Shown here: one piece after another, positions 8,340 through 16,780 of the stretch
How the letters are laid out: every line of letters begins with the position of its first letter
How positions within the stretch are numbered: position 1 is the first letter of the stretch
DNA from: Promethearchaeota archaeon
GTDB lineage: Archaea; Asgardarchaeota; Lokiarchaeia; Sigyniarchaeales; SOKP01
Assembly: GCA_016926735.1 (NCBI GenBank)
Contig: JAFGOA010000221.1
Coordinates: 1-18,739 of the forward strand
DNA length: 18,739 nt
Reading direction: 5' to 3'
The notes under the pieces: model-generated
What the model saw: only the letters and a program-made list of their open reading frames with translations
What the model was told of the DNA's origin: nothing
Databases searched by the model: none
Translations under genes and position numbers: made by a program

Positions 8340-8783
8340 ATGAAAGTAAATTCTAAAAAACCAAAAAAACAGAGAAAAGCACTCTTTACATATAAAAATC
8401 ATCAGAAATCAAAGTTATTAAATACAAGATTAGCAGATTTTCTACAAGAAGAATATGGGTTAAAAAGACTTCCTTTAAAAGTAGGAGATCAAGTTCGAGT
8501 AATAACTGGTGAATTTAAAGACTTTGAAGGTGAAGTCATAAAAATTACTAAAGAACTTCGTGCTCAAATAAAAGAAGCTACTTTTCAAAAAGCAGATGGT
8601 ACAGAATGGAATCCCAGCATTCATATTTCAAATTTAATTATTACTAAATTTAAAAAAGAAGGTAAAGATATGGATCCATGGAGATCATCGATTATTGACC
8701 GAAAATCTGTCTTTGGTTATGAGTTTGAAAGTGAATTAAAAGGGCCTAAAAAAGGTAAAAAAAATGAGGTAGAAGCTGAATAA
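8340..8783 (+). CDS. rpl24: 50S ribosomal protein uL24 (ATG 8340 preferred; GTG 8331 is part of the SD motif)
   Basis: SKKPKKQRK, KOW motif VGDQVRVITGEFKDFEGEV, KADGTE, IHISNLIITK. Confidence 0.95.
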   Translation: MKVNSKKPKKQRKALFTYKNHQKSKLLNTRLADFLQEEYGLKRLPLKVGDQVRVITGEFKDFEGEVIKITKELRAQIKEATFQKADGTEWNPSIHISNLIITKFKKEGKDMDPWRSSIIDRKSVFGYEFESELKGPKKGKKNEVEAE

Positions 8784-9532
8784 TGACAAGACATGGTGGA
8801 CAAAAAGTATTAAAACGTTTAAATACTGCAGGTCATTTACAAATTAGTCGAAAACATGGAACATTTTTTGTTAATCCTTCTCCAGGACCTCACAAAAAAG
8901 ACTTTTGCTTACCACTTATTCATATTATAAGAGATCTACTAAAAATAGCAGATAATCATAGAGAAGCAAAAAAATTAATTAAAAATGGCTTTTTTAAAAT
9001 AGATGGAAAAATTATAAAAGATGAAAGATATCCAATAGGACTAATGGATGTATTGTCTATTGATAAGATTAAAAAATATTATAGAATTCTCCCAGATTCT
9101 CACCACGGACTTATTCTTCACGAAATTGATGAAAAAGAAAGTACCTTCAAGCTTTGTAGAATAGATAATAAAACCACTGTAAAAGGTGGTAATATACAAT
9201 TAAATCTTCATGATGGTAAAAATATTCTTATAAAAGTAAAAAACCCTCAAGATCCAAAAGAAGATACGTTCAAAAGGATGGATATACTAAAAATTTCCAT
9301 CCCTGAAAAAGAAATTTTAAAAACTTTTAGATTTCAAGAAGGTAATTTAGCAATTATTATGGATGGGAAAAACATAGGCCAAACAGGTAAAATTCTAAAA
9401 GTTAAAAAGAGATTTGGACCAAATGCTAGTACAGTATCAATACAAAATGATGAGGAATTAACAGAAACATTATATGATTATACATTTATTATTGGAGAAA
9501 AACAATCCGAAATTAGTTTACCAACAAATTAG
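8783..9532 (+). CDS. rps4e: 30S ribosomal protein eS4
   Basis: LKRL, PSPGPH, PLIHIIRDLL, IDGK, PIGLMDV, KLCRIDNKTTVKGGNIQLNLHDGKN. Confidence 0.97.
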   Translation: MTRHGGQKVLKRLNTAGHLQISRKHGTFFVNPSPGPHKKDFCLPLIHIIRDLLKIADNHREAKKLIKNGFFKIDGKIIKDERYPIGLMDVLSIDKIKKYYRILPDSHHGLILHEIDEKESTFKLCRIDNKTTVKGGNIQLNLHDGKNILIKVKNPQDPKEDTFKRMDILKISIPEKEILKTFRFQEGNLAIIMDGKNIGQTGKILKVKKRFGPNASTVSIQNDEELTETLYDYTFIIGEKQSEISLPTN

Positions 9533-9552
9533 AGAAAAAAAAGTGATATTAT

Positions 9553-10143
9553 ATGTCAACAGAAATTAAAAAGAAAAAAATAACAACCAATAATATATTT
9601 GAAGAGGTATGGAACAATCCTATGAAAAAACCATATTTAGAAAAATTAGTTTTAAATATAGGTGTAGGAGCTGGTGGAGAGGAGTTAGAACGTGCTTTCG
9701 CAGTTTTGAAAAGTATCACTGGTAGAGAACCAAAAAAAATGCTTTCAAAAAAAAATGTAAAAGAATTTAACTTAAGAAAAGGAAGACCAATCGGAGTTAA
9801 AGTTACAATTAGAGGAGAAGAAGCCGAGAAGTTATTGAAAAGACTTTTAATCGTACATAATAATAGAATGCTGAAAAAAAGCTTTGATAATTATGGTAAC
9901 TTTGGATTTGGGATTGTAGAACATATCACTATTCCAGGGGTTGAATATGATAATTTAATTGGTATTTGGGGGCTTGATGTATGTGGAAGAATTATAAGAC
10001 CTGGTATGAGAATAAAATATAGAAGAGCACACAGAGCAAAGATCCCTAAACATCATTATGTTTCTAAAGATGAAGCATATTATTTTCTTGAGAAATTTTT
10101 CAAAGCTAAAATAGTAGATAAAATGGAAATAGAATATTTCTGA
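9553..10143 (+). CDS. rpl5: 50S ribosomal protein uL5
   Basis: NPMKKPYLEKLVLNIGVG, PIGVKVTIRG, FDNYGNFGFGIVEHI, YDNLIGIWGLDV, RPGMRI. Confidence 0.97.
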   Translation: MSTEIKKKKITTNNIFEEVWNNPMKKPYLEKLVLNIGVGAGGEELERAFAVLKSITGREPKKMLSKKNVKEFNLRKGRPIGVKVTIRGEEAEKLLKRLLIVHNNRMLKKSFDNYGNFGFGIVEHITIPGVEYDNLIGIWGLDVCGRIIRPGMRIKYRRAHRAKIPKHHYVSKDEAYYFLEKFFKAKIVDKMEIEYF

Positions 10144-10198
10144 ATTAATTTAAACTTAAAAATAATACATAATTTAAATAATAAATATAGTGAAGTAA

Positions 10199-10345
10199 AT
10201 GCCACAAGGAAGCCAAGGTAAAGGTCAGAGGGCCTGTAGACGATGTGGAACCCATAGAGGATTAATTAGAAGATATGGGTTATATATCTGTAGAAGATGT
10301 TTTTATGAAATAGGCAAGGAAATTGGATTCCGCCGTTATGATTAA
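10199..10345 (+). CDS. rps14: 30S ribosomal protein uS14, Zn-binding type, 48 aa (absent from the ORF track)
   Basis: Manual translation: [48 protein letters not shown]. It has two CxxC motifs, an SD-like AGTGA 5 nt upstream, and the canonical position between uL5 and uS8. Confidence 0.97.
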   Translation: MPQGSQGKGQRACRRCGTHRGLIRRYGLYICRRCFYEIGKEIGFRRYD

Positions 10346-10364
10346 AAAAAAGTGAAAAAAAAAA

Positions 10365-10748
10365 ATGGTAAATACATTAGCAGATGCAATGGCTGTAATT
10401 AAAAACGCAGAAAGAGCGCGTCAAAAAGAGGTTATAATCACCCCTGCTTCTAAATTAATGCAGCGTATACTAAGAATTTTCCAACAACATGCTTATATTG
10501 GAGAGTTTGAACGATATGATGACGGAAGGCAAGGAAAGTTTAAAATCGCCTTATTGGGAAGGATAAATGAATGTAAGGCATTATTAAGATTAAATCTGAA
10601 AATGAATCAGTTCGAAGCTCTTGAACGAAGATTATTACCTGCTCCTGGATTAGGTATTATTATATTAACTACTAATCAAGGAATAATGACATTGAAAGAA
10701 GCTCAAGAGTGTAATATTGGTGGAATGTCTCTCTGTTATGTATATTAA
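10365..10748 (+). CDS. rps8: 30S ribosomal protein uS8
   Basis: LADAMAVIKNAE, PASKL, YIGEFERYDDGRQGKF, LLGRINEC, LPAPGLGIIILTTNQGIMT, IGG...YVY. Confidence 0.97.
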   Translation: MVNTLADAMAVIKNAERARQKEVIITPASKLMQRILRIFQQHAYIGEFERYDDGRQGKFKIALLGRINECKALLRLNLKMNQFEALERRLLPAPGLGIIILTTNQGIMTLKEAQECNIGGMSLCYVY

Positions 10749-11322
10749 TACAATACATTGAGAGAATAAGTGAAAAATCTGGATATTTATGAATATCCAT
10801 AAAATCCTCTTTATTGATTGTTTAGTATTAGTAATGATATCCATAATAGAGAATATCAATCTTTCTTTTTGAATTGAAAATACTAATCTCTAAAAAAAAA
10901 TTATTTAATTATTTTTACCTTTTTTAAAATTATGATGCAGTCTTAGACTAATCATATTTTTTAATATTTAATTTTGGTTTTTATTTTTTGATGAATTTTT
11001 AAATATTATAAATAACAAATTTTTTAATAATGAAACTCATCAATAGATCAATTTTATCTTTTTTAAGGGTTGGCAATTCACTGGGTAATTGTTTGAAAAA
11101 GAGCTGTATTGAGATTCAAAGTTGAGAAATATTCCTTAAAAACTTTTTCCTTTGATTATCTTTTTCAGAAGATTATCATAAAATTAAAATTAAATCTTCT
11201 ACTTAATATTACACAAGTATCAATTTTGATTATGTCAATTTGGATTTTTGTCAGAACTTTAAAATTATTAAATTTATTGAATGTGATTGAAAAAACGGTA
11301 TTTAAGAACAAAGTGATTATAT

Positions 11323-11907
11323 ATGGTAAAAGTAGCCTTTTTCAAAGAAGAATTGGAGATACCTAAAGATGTTAATATCACATTAGAAAGTGATAATCAT
11401 ATTATTATAGAAGGTCCTAATGGGGGACCAATATCAAAAGATTTTTCTCATATTAGAGGAATTAACATATCAAAAAAGAATAATCAACTTATTTTTTCAT
11501 CAAATTTCCCTCGGGGATCCACAATTGCTCTTGCTAATACTATAATTAACATTGTAAAGAACTTAATGGCAGGAGTTCTTGAAAATTACAAATATATCTC
11601 AAAAGTATGTTATTCACATTTTCCTTGCTCTGTAGAAGCAAAACCGAAACAAAATGAAATTCATGTTATTAACTTCTTAGGAGAACGTGCTCCAAGAAAA
11701 ATAAAATATAATCCAAAAGATGTTGATGTAAAAGTACAAGATGATGATGTTTTTTTTATTGGTGCAGATAAAGAAGTATTAGGTCAAACCGCAGCCAATC
11801 TTAAGAAAATATGCCGAATTCGAAAAAAGGATCCTCGTATCTTCCAAGATGGAGTATTTTTATATAAAATCTTACATGGTGAAGATCTTATATGGCAGAT
11901 TAAATAA
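11323..11907 (+). CDS. rpl6: 50S ribosomal protein uL6
   Basis: EIPKDV, GPNG, NLMAGV, YSHFP, NFLGERAPR, GQTAANL, KDPRIFQDGVF. Confidence 0.97.
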   Translation: MVKVAFFKEELEIPKDVNITLESDNHIIIEGPNGGPISKDFSHIRGINISKKNNQLIFSSNFPRGSTIALANTIINIVKNLMAGVLENYKYISKVCYSHFPCSVEAKPKQNEIHVINFLGERAPRKIKYNPKDVDVKVQDDDVFFIGADKEVLGQTAANLKKICRIRKKDPRIFQDGVFLYKILHGEDLIWQIK

Positions 11908-11935
11908 ATAATATTTAGAATAAAAGTGATTGATT

Positions 11936-12391
11936 ATGGTACAAAAAAAAGAGAGTTTGTTGGAACTTAGAAAGAGATTGAAGAAAAAAAGACCTGAATT
12001 TAGAAGAGTTGAATCATGGCGTTATAAGAGAGTTAAAGATTCATGGAGAAAAGCAAGAGGAATAGACTCAAAAACCAGAAAAAAAAAGAAATCTGCAGGT
12101 ATAAGAATGCCAACTGTTGGATATAGAGCTCCAAAAAAAGTAAGAGGTCTACATCCATCTGGATTTGAAGAAGTTAATATAAGTACACAAAAAGATTTAG
12201 AAGGATTAAATCGAAAAAAACATGCAATAAAAATCTCAAGCAAATTAGGTACAAGAAAAAGGATAGCTTTGGTAGAATATGTTCAAAGAAGAGGGTATAA
12301 AATACTAAATCTCGGTGTATCTCAGAAAGAACTTGAAGAATTGGAAAATATCCTTGATTCAGATATACCTGACATTGAGGATGAAGAATAA
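11936..12391 (+). CDS. rpl32e: 50S ribosomal protein eL32 with acidic C-terminal tail (ATG 11936 preferred)
   Basis: KRPEFRRVESWRYKRVKDSWRKARGIDSK, PTVGYRAPKKVRGLHPSG, KILN. Confidence 0.97.
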   Translation: MVQKKESLLELRKRLKKKRPEFRRVESWRYKRVKDSWRKARGIDSKTRKKKKSAGIRMPTVGYRAPKKVRGLHPSGFEEVNISTQKDLEGLNRKKHAIKISSKLGTRKRIALVEYVQRRGYKILNLGVSQKELEELENILDSDIPDIEDEE

Positions 12392-12450
12392 ATCTCAATT
12401 AATAGATTATAAAATTTATTGTAAAGAGTGAAATAAACAAGGTAATATAA

Positions 12451-12915
12451 ATGAAATTAAATGCTCAAAAACGAATGGCATCAGAAATATTAAATTGTGG
12501 AGAAAATAGAGTATATTTTGATCCTTATTTAATTGATGAAATTAAGATGGCAATTACCAGAGAAGATATTAGAAATCTCATAAAGGAAGGAGTAATAAAA
12601 AAAAAATATAAAAAGGGAATTTCTAATTACAGAAAGAATTTAAATCATGAAAGAAAGAAGAAGGGCAGGGGTACAGGACTAGGCAAAAGAAAAGGTAAGA
12701 AAGGTGCAAGAACTCCAAAAAAACGTGCTTGGATAAGAAGAATCAGACCTATCCGAAGAGAACTTAAAAGTTTAAGAGATAAAAAATTAATATCAACAAC
12801 AAATTATCGTAAATTATATAAAAACGCCAAAGGAGGTATGTTCCACAGCGTTGCTCACGTTAATCGATATATAACTGAAAAAGAATTAATAAAAAAAGGT
12901 AGAAGGAGGAAATAA
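12451..12915 (+). CDS. rpl19e: 50S ribosomal protein eL19
   Basis: LNAQKRMASEILNCGENRVYFDP, AITREDIRNLIKEG, GKRKGKKGAR, WIRRIR, YRKLYKNAKGGMF. Confidence 0.97.
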   Translation: MKLNAQKRMASEILNCGENRVYFDPYLIDEIKMAITREDIRNLIKEGVIKKKYKKGISNYRKNLNHERKKKGRGTGLGKRKGKKGARTPKKRAWIRRIRPIRRELKSLRDKKLISTTNYRKLYKNAKGGMFHSVAHVNRYITEKELIKKGRRRK

Positions 12916-12917
12916 AG

Positions 12918-13517
12918 ATGGCAAAAGGACCAAGACATTCTAAACCTTTAAGAAGAAGATCTGAAGGAAAGACTAATTATCATAAGAGATTGAGATTATT
13001 AAAATCAAAAAAAATAAGATCAACTGTAAGAGCTTCGAACAATCACATAATTGTACAATTTATAGAATCAAAATTTGGTGGTGATAAAATTTTGATTGAT
13101 GCTAATTCAATTGAATTAAAAAAAAAATATGATTGGAATGCTAATACAGGAAATATTCCTGCAGCATATTTAACAGGATATTTAGCAGGAGTAAGAGCTA
13201 AAAATAATAAAATTAAAGATGCAATTCTTGATTTAGGTCTTTTCTATCATCAAAATCGAGTATTAGCTGCGATAAAAGGGATTATTGATGCGGGAATAGA
13301 AATACCCTATCGAGAGGAATTCTTTCCTGAAAATTTAACAGAAAGAATTAATGCCAGTCATATTGAAAATTATGCTAAATTATTAAAAAAAGAAGATAAT
13401 GAGAAATATCAAAAAATATTTTCTGGTTATCTTAAAAAAGAAAATTTAAATCCTGAGAGATTAAAAGATGTCTTCAATAAATCTCTCCAAGTAATAAAAA
13501 GTCAAGTTAAAAGTTGA
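12918..13517 (+). CDS. rpl18: 50S ribosomal protein uL18
   Basis: RRRSEGKTNYHKRLRLLKS, GNIPAAYLTGYLAG, AILDLG, KGIIDAGIEIP, HIENYA. Confidence 0.97.
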   Translation: MAKGPRHSKPLRRRSEGKTNYHKRLRLLKSKKIRSTVRASNNHIIVQFIESKFGGDKILIDANSIELKKKYDWNANTGNIPAAYLTGYLAGVRAKNNKIKDAILDLGLFYHQNRVLAAIKGIIDAGIEIPYREEFFPENLTERINASHIENYAKLLKKEDNEKYQKIFSGYLKKENLNPERLKDVFNKSLQVIKSQVKS

Positions 13518-13522
13518 AAATT

Positions 13523-14140
13523 ATGAGTAGTCGCCGAAAAAGTATTGAAGAAGTGTGGGTACCAAGAACGAAACTTGGTGATTTAGTCCAACAAGGATTA
13601 ATAACATTAGAAAAAATCTTTCAAAACAACCTTGTTGTAAAAGAAACAGAAATAATTGATACACTTCTTCCACAAATCAGAGATGAAGTTATAAAAATAG
13701 CAATGGTTCAACAAATGACTGCCTCTGGTCAAAAGTCAAGATTTAAAGCAGTTGTTATTGTTGGAGCAGATGGTTTTTTAGGTGTAGGCTCTGCTAAAAG
13801 TAAAGAAGTCGGACCGGCTATAAGAAAAGCCATTGATAAAGCAAAATTATCTATTGTCCCTATTAAAAGAGGATGTGGTAGTAGAGAATGTGGGTGTGGA
13901 GGAAACCATAGTATTCCTTATAAAATTGAAGGAAAATGTGGTTCTGTAAAAGTGAGATTACTTCCTTCACCTGCAGGAGTAGGTTTAGCATGTGCAGATA
14001 AGGTTAAACAAGTATTAAAACTTGCAGGAATTGAGGATATATGGAGTAAAACATTTGGAGATACAAGAACTAGTGAAAATCTAGTTAAAGCAACATTCGA
14101 TGCTTTAAAAAATGCTCATAAATATAATTTTAATATCTAA
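13523..14140 (+). CDS. rps5: 30S ribosomal protein uS5 (ATG 13523 preferred)
   Basis: WVPRTKLG, RFKAVVIVG, KEVGPAIRKAI, RGCGSRECGCG, HSIPYKIEGKCGSV, LAGIEDIWSKTFGDTRT. Confidence 0.97.
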   Translation: MSSRRKSIEEVWVPRTKLGDLVQQGLITLEKIFQNNLVVKETEIIDTLLPQIRDEVIKIAMVQQMTASGQKSRFKAVVIVGADGFLGVGSAKSKEVGPAIRKAIDKAKLSIVPIKRGCGSRECGCGGNHSIPYKIEGKCGSVKVRLLPSPAGVGLACADKVKQVLKLAGIEDIWSKTFGDTRTSENLVKATFDALKNAHKYNFNI

Positions 14141-14156
14141 TATAAGTGGTGTATAA

Positions 14157-14693
14157 ATGGTTATGGCAGAAAATTTGAGTAAAAAAAGTTTAAAATTAAA
14201 ACACGTTGAATTTGTACCTAAATTATATTTTGCAATTCGAATAAGAGGTGCTCCAGGAATGAATCAAAAGATTGGAGATACTTTAAAAATGCTTAGAATG
14301 CACAAATTAAATCACGGTGTTCTACTTTGGGTAGATAAACCTACTTATGGAATGCTTCAGAAATGTAAAGATTACATTGCTTTTGGTGAAATTGATGAAA
14401 AAACTCTAGTAAGACTTATAAGAGTGAGAGGAAAGATAGAAGGTAACAAACCACTTACAGATGAGGATCTAAAAAATCTTACTAAATATAAAAATATTAA
14501 AGAATTAGCTAAAGATCTTTATAATGGTAAGATAAAATACAATTCAAAATTTTTATATAAAGTAAAACCCGTTTTTAGATTACATCCACCAATAAAAGGT
14601 CATCGAGGTACAATAAAAAAACATTACAAAGAGGGTGGTACTCTTGGTTATGTTAATATATTTATAAATGAACTAATTCATAAAATGATCTAA
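14157..14693 (+). CDS. rpl30: 50S ribosomal protein uL30 (long archaeal/eukaryotic type)
   Basis: AIRIRG, TLKMLRMHKLNHGV, GMLQKCKDYIAFGE, FRLHPPIKG, GGTLGY, INELIHKMI. Confidence 0.95.
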   Translation: MVMAENLSKKSLKLKHVEFVPKLYFAIRIRGAPGMNQKIGDTLKMLRMHKLNHGVLLWVDKPTYGMLQKCKDYIAFGEIDEKTLVRLIRVRGKIEGNKPLTDEDLKNLTKYKNIKELAKDLYNGKIKYNSKFLYKVKPVFRLHPPIKGHRGTIKKHYKEGGTLGYVNIFINELIHKMI

Positions 14694-14705
14694 TGAGGTA
14701 ATATT

Positions 14706-15188
14706 ATGAGTGTAAAATATAACAGAAAAATTCGAGAGAAAAGAGGATCAAGAACTATTGGTTATGGTAAAGTAGGCCAACATAGAAAAGCAGGGCAAAG
14801 AGTAGGAAAAGGTAAAACTACACAATGGATGAAAGCTATGAAAAGTTACTATCTCAAACAAAAAGAATTAGGTTTTCCAGATCCAGACTGGGATCTTAGA
14901 AAGAAAGGTTTTAAAAGACCCCAAGATATGGTTAGAATATCTAAAGTAAACTCGATTAATATAAAAGATTTAGATCAAAAACTTGATGATTTTGTAAAAG
15001 AAGAAAAAGCAACAAAATCAGGAAATTCATATGTTGTTAATTTAACAGAAATTAATATTCAAAAACTACTTGGTCGAGGAGAAATTAATAAAAAAGTAAA
15101 TGTAACTGTTAAAAAAGCCTCCAAAAATGCTGAAGAAAAAATAAAAAAAGCAGGAGGAAAAGTTATCTATCTTACTCCAAAAGAATAG
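14706..15188 (+). CDS. rpl15: 50S ribosomal protein uL15
   Basis: RGSRTIGYGKVGQHRKAG, KKGFKRP, INIKDLD, KLLGRG, ASKNAEEKIKKAGGKV. Confidence 0.96.
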   Translation: MSVKYNRKIREKRGSRTIGYGKVGQHRKAGQRVGKGKTTQWMKAMKSYYLKQKELGFPDPDWDLRKKGFKRPQDMVRISKVNSINIKDLDQKLDDFVKEEKATKSGNSYVVNLTEINIQKLLGRGEINKKVNVTVKKASKNAEEKIKKAGGKVIYLTPKE

Positions 15189-15190
15189 AG

Positions 15191-15210
15191 TCTCTACTTT
15201 TTCTTATTTA
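15191..15210 (+). terminator. Putative oligo-U terminator ending the ribosomal protein cluster
   Basis: Pyrimidine/T-rich tract TCTCTACTTTTTCTTATTTA directly after the uL15 stop, followed by a long intergenic region. Confidence 0.35.
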
Positions 15211-15256
15211 TCATTATATTTTTAGTTATTTTAGTAATAATTTTATTTTAGCTATT

Positions 15257-15399
15257 TTAATTTATCAAGAATTCATATTTGTTTTTAAAAATGTTGAATT
15301 ATAATCCAAAAGAAAATCATTATTTCGTTAAAGAATCCTATTTTTACCATATTATCATTTAATATAACATCAATAAAATTTAATTTCTTGATAAATTAA
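15257..15399. repeat. Perfect 15-bp inverted repeat bounding a 143-bp segment
   Basis: TTAATTTATCAAGAA (15257-15271) and TTCTTGATAAATTAA (15385-15399), with imperfect continuation inward. Confidence 0.6.
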
Positions 15400-15632
15400 C
15401 TTTCTGTCGTATAATCTGTCTGTGAATGATAAATTGTTCTAAGCATAATTAGATAGGGTTCTACAACAAATATGATAATATATTATAAAAGTGATTGTAT
15501 ACTTCTAGGAAATCATAATAATTTGACAATGATTAGTTAACTTTTTTTAAAAAAGAGGTGTTTTTTTTTTGATTTTAGATTTTGAAAAAATTAAAAAGTA
15601 TAGGAAACCTATCCTATTATATATAATTTAAA

Positions 15633-16178
15633 ATGGTGTTTTATATTAGAAAAGAACTAAATAAAGGATTAATCCAAATTTATTGGGGACGAGGAAAGGG
15701 AAAAACTACAGCAGCGCTTGGTCAAGGATTGAGAGCGACAGGACATGGTTTTAAAGTATATATGATTCAATTTTTAAAAGGAAATACGGAATATGGTGAA
15801 ATTGAAGCAATAAAATATAATTCTAATTTTAAAATAAAACAATTTGGAACAAAAGATTTAATTATTTCTCCTAGAAAGATTGATATAAAAGAAGGTAGAA
15901 AAGCTATGATTTTTGCAGATGAAATAATTAAAAGTAGGAAATACGATATTGTAATTTTGGATGAAATATGTGTAGCACTTGAAATGGGAATAGTTCATAT
16001 AGATGAAGTAATGAAATTATTGGAAATTAAACCTGAAAAAGTTGAATTAATTCTCACAGGAGGAGGAAAAATTCACCCAAAACTACGAGAATCTGCTGAT
16101 CTTATAACGGAAATGAAAATGATAAAACATTATTATTCTTCACAAGGTATTATTGCTCGATTTGGTATTGAATACTAA
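15633..16178 (+). CDS. cobO: ATP:cob(I)alamin / cob(I)yrinic acid a,c-diamide adenosyltransferase (CobA/CobO/BtuR type)
   Basis: GLIQIYWGRGKGKTTAALG...RATGHG...IQFLKG, YDIVILDEI, ELILTG, ADLITEM..IKH, ARFGIEY. Confidence 0.92.
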   Translation: MVFYIRKELNKGLIQIYWGRGKGKTTAALGQGLRATGHGFKVYMIQFLKGNTEYGEIEAIKYNSNFKIKQFGTKDLIISPRKIDIKEGRKAMIFADEIIKSRKYDIVILDEICVALEMGIVHIDEVMKLLEIKPEKVELILTGGGKIHPKLRESADLITEMKMIKHYYSSQGIIARFGIEY

Positions 16179-16311
16179 ATTTACAATATTTAATGAAATT
16201 CTTAATTTAAAAAAAACTTCTGATACTATCCAATGATTTAACAATTGATTATGAAAATATGTTCATTTCAAAAATAAGCTTTTGATAAAATCAATAAATA
16301 AACTAATATAC

Positions 16312-16740
16312 CTATTTTCTTTGCTTTTCTATCTGTTTTAGCAATGGTTCCATTATTCGAAAGGCTTTCCTTATTTTATGGAAATAATACCCTAATTTAT
16401 AACCTTTTTTACAATTAGTAAAAAGCATGTAATTATTGTCTATTGATCCTACAACTATTATTGTATATCCATTAGTACCTCTGATTACGATTTCTTGTAA
16501 TTCTCCTTGTTCTAAACCCATACTTATTTTTTCTCCTAATGAAATTAATGTTGCAGGACTAGCACTATATATATCTGCAGCAATATCTGCAGTTTCAGAA
16601 CTTGCCACTCTCAACCCTGTTTTTGAAACTATTGCAGTTCCTTCTAAATCAGTCGAACTTTCTAACCATTCTAAGTTTCTCATCAATTCTGCTAATGTAT
16701 CCTTATCTGTCTCAAGATCTGACCAATAAAATGCAACCAT
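16312..16740 (-). CDS. Roadblock/LC7 (LAMTOR2/MglB-like) domain protein
   Basis: Pattern LEGTAIVSKTGLRVAS...SASPATLISLGEKISMGLEQGELQEIVIRGTNGYTIIV...KLGYYFHKIRKA is typical of roadblock helix-strand order. An SD-like GAGGA lies upstream. Confidence 0.88.
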   Translation of the reverse strand: MVAFYWSDLETDKDTLAELMRNLEWLESSTDLEGTAIVSKTGLRVASSETADIAADIYSASPATLISLGEKISMGLEQGELQEIVIRGTNGYTIIVVGSIDNNYMLFTNCKKGYKLGYYFHKIRKAFRIMEPLLKQIEKQRK

Positions 16741-16780
16741 TTTAAATTCCTCTTTATGTATATAAATAATTTATAGAAAT

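Noticed and set aside
8151-8402. Minus-strand 83-aa ORF
   Set aside because: Antisense to rpl14/rpl24.
10665-10859. Minus-strand 64-aa ORF
   Set aside because: Overlaps the rps8 3' end in antisense; Ile-rich, no recognisable family.
10988-11043. SECIS-like AUGA...AAA...UGA hairpin
   Set aside because: The helix would be almost all A-U with several mismatches, an alternative pairing sequesters the AUGA, and no gene in the window needs UGA readthrough.
10999-11172. Minus-strand reading frame with one in-frame TGA (possible selenoprotein)
   Set aside because: No canonical start codon before the TGA, no redox motif around it, no recognisable homology.
11109-11366. Plus-strand 85-aa ORF
   Set aside because: TTG start without a clear SD, AT-driven composition, 44-nt out-of-frame overlap with rpl6. 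Cannot be fully excluded.
12022-12398. Two minus-strand ORFs (73 and 74 aa)
   Set aside because: Antisense shadows of rpl32e.
1835-13517. UGA-terminated genes (rbsK, TPR, rnp1, rpl5, rpl18) as Sec readthrough candidates
   Set aside because: All appear complete for their families at the UGA, so nothing suggests recoding.
15400-15632. Cobalamin riboswitch upstream of cobO
   Set aside because: No GGGAA/B12-box core or GC-rich stems; only short imperfect repeats (GATAGGGTTCTA / TAGGAAACCTATC).
16436-16729. Plus-strand 97-aa ORF
   Set aside because: Antisense shadow of the roadblock gene.
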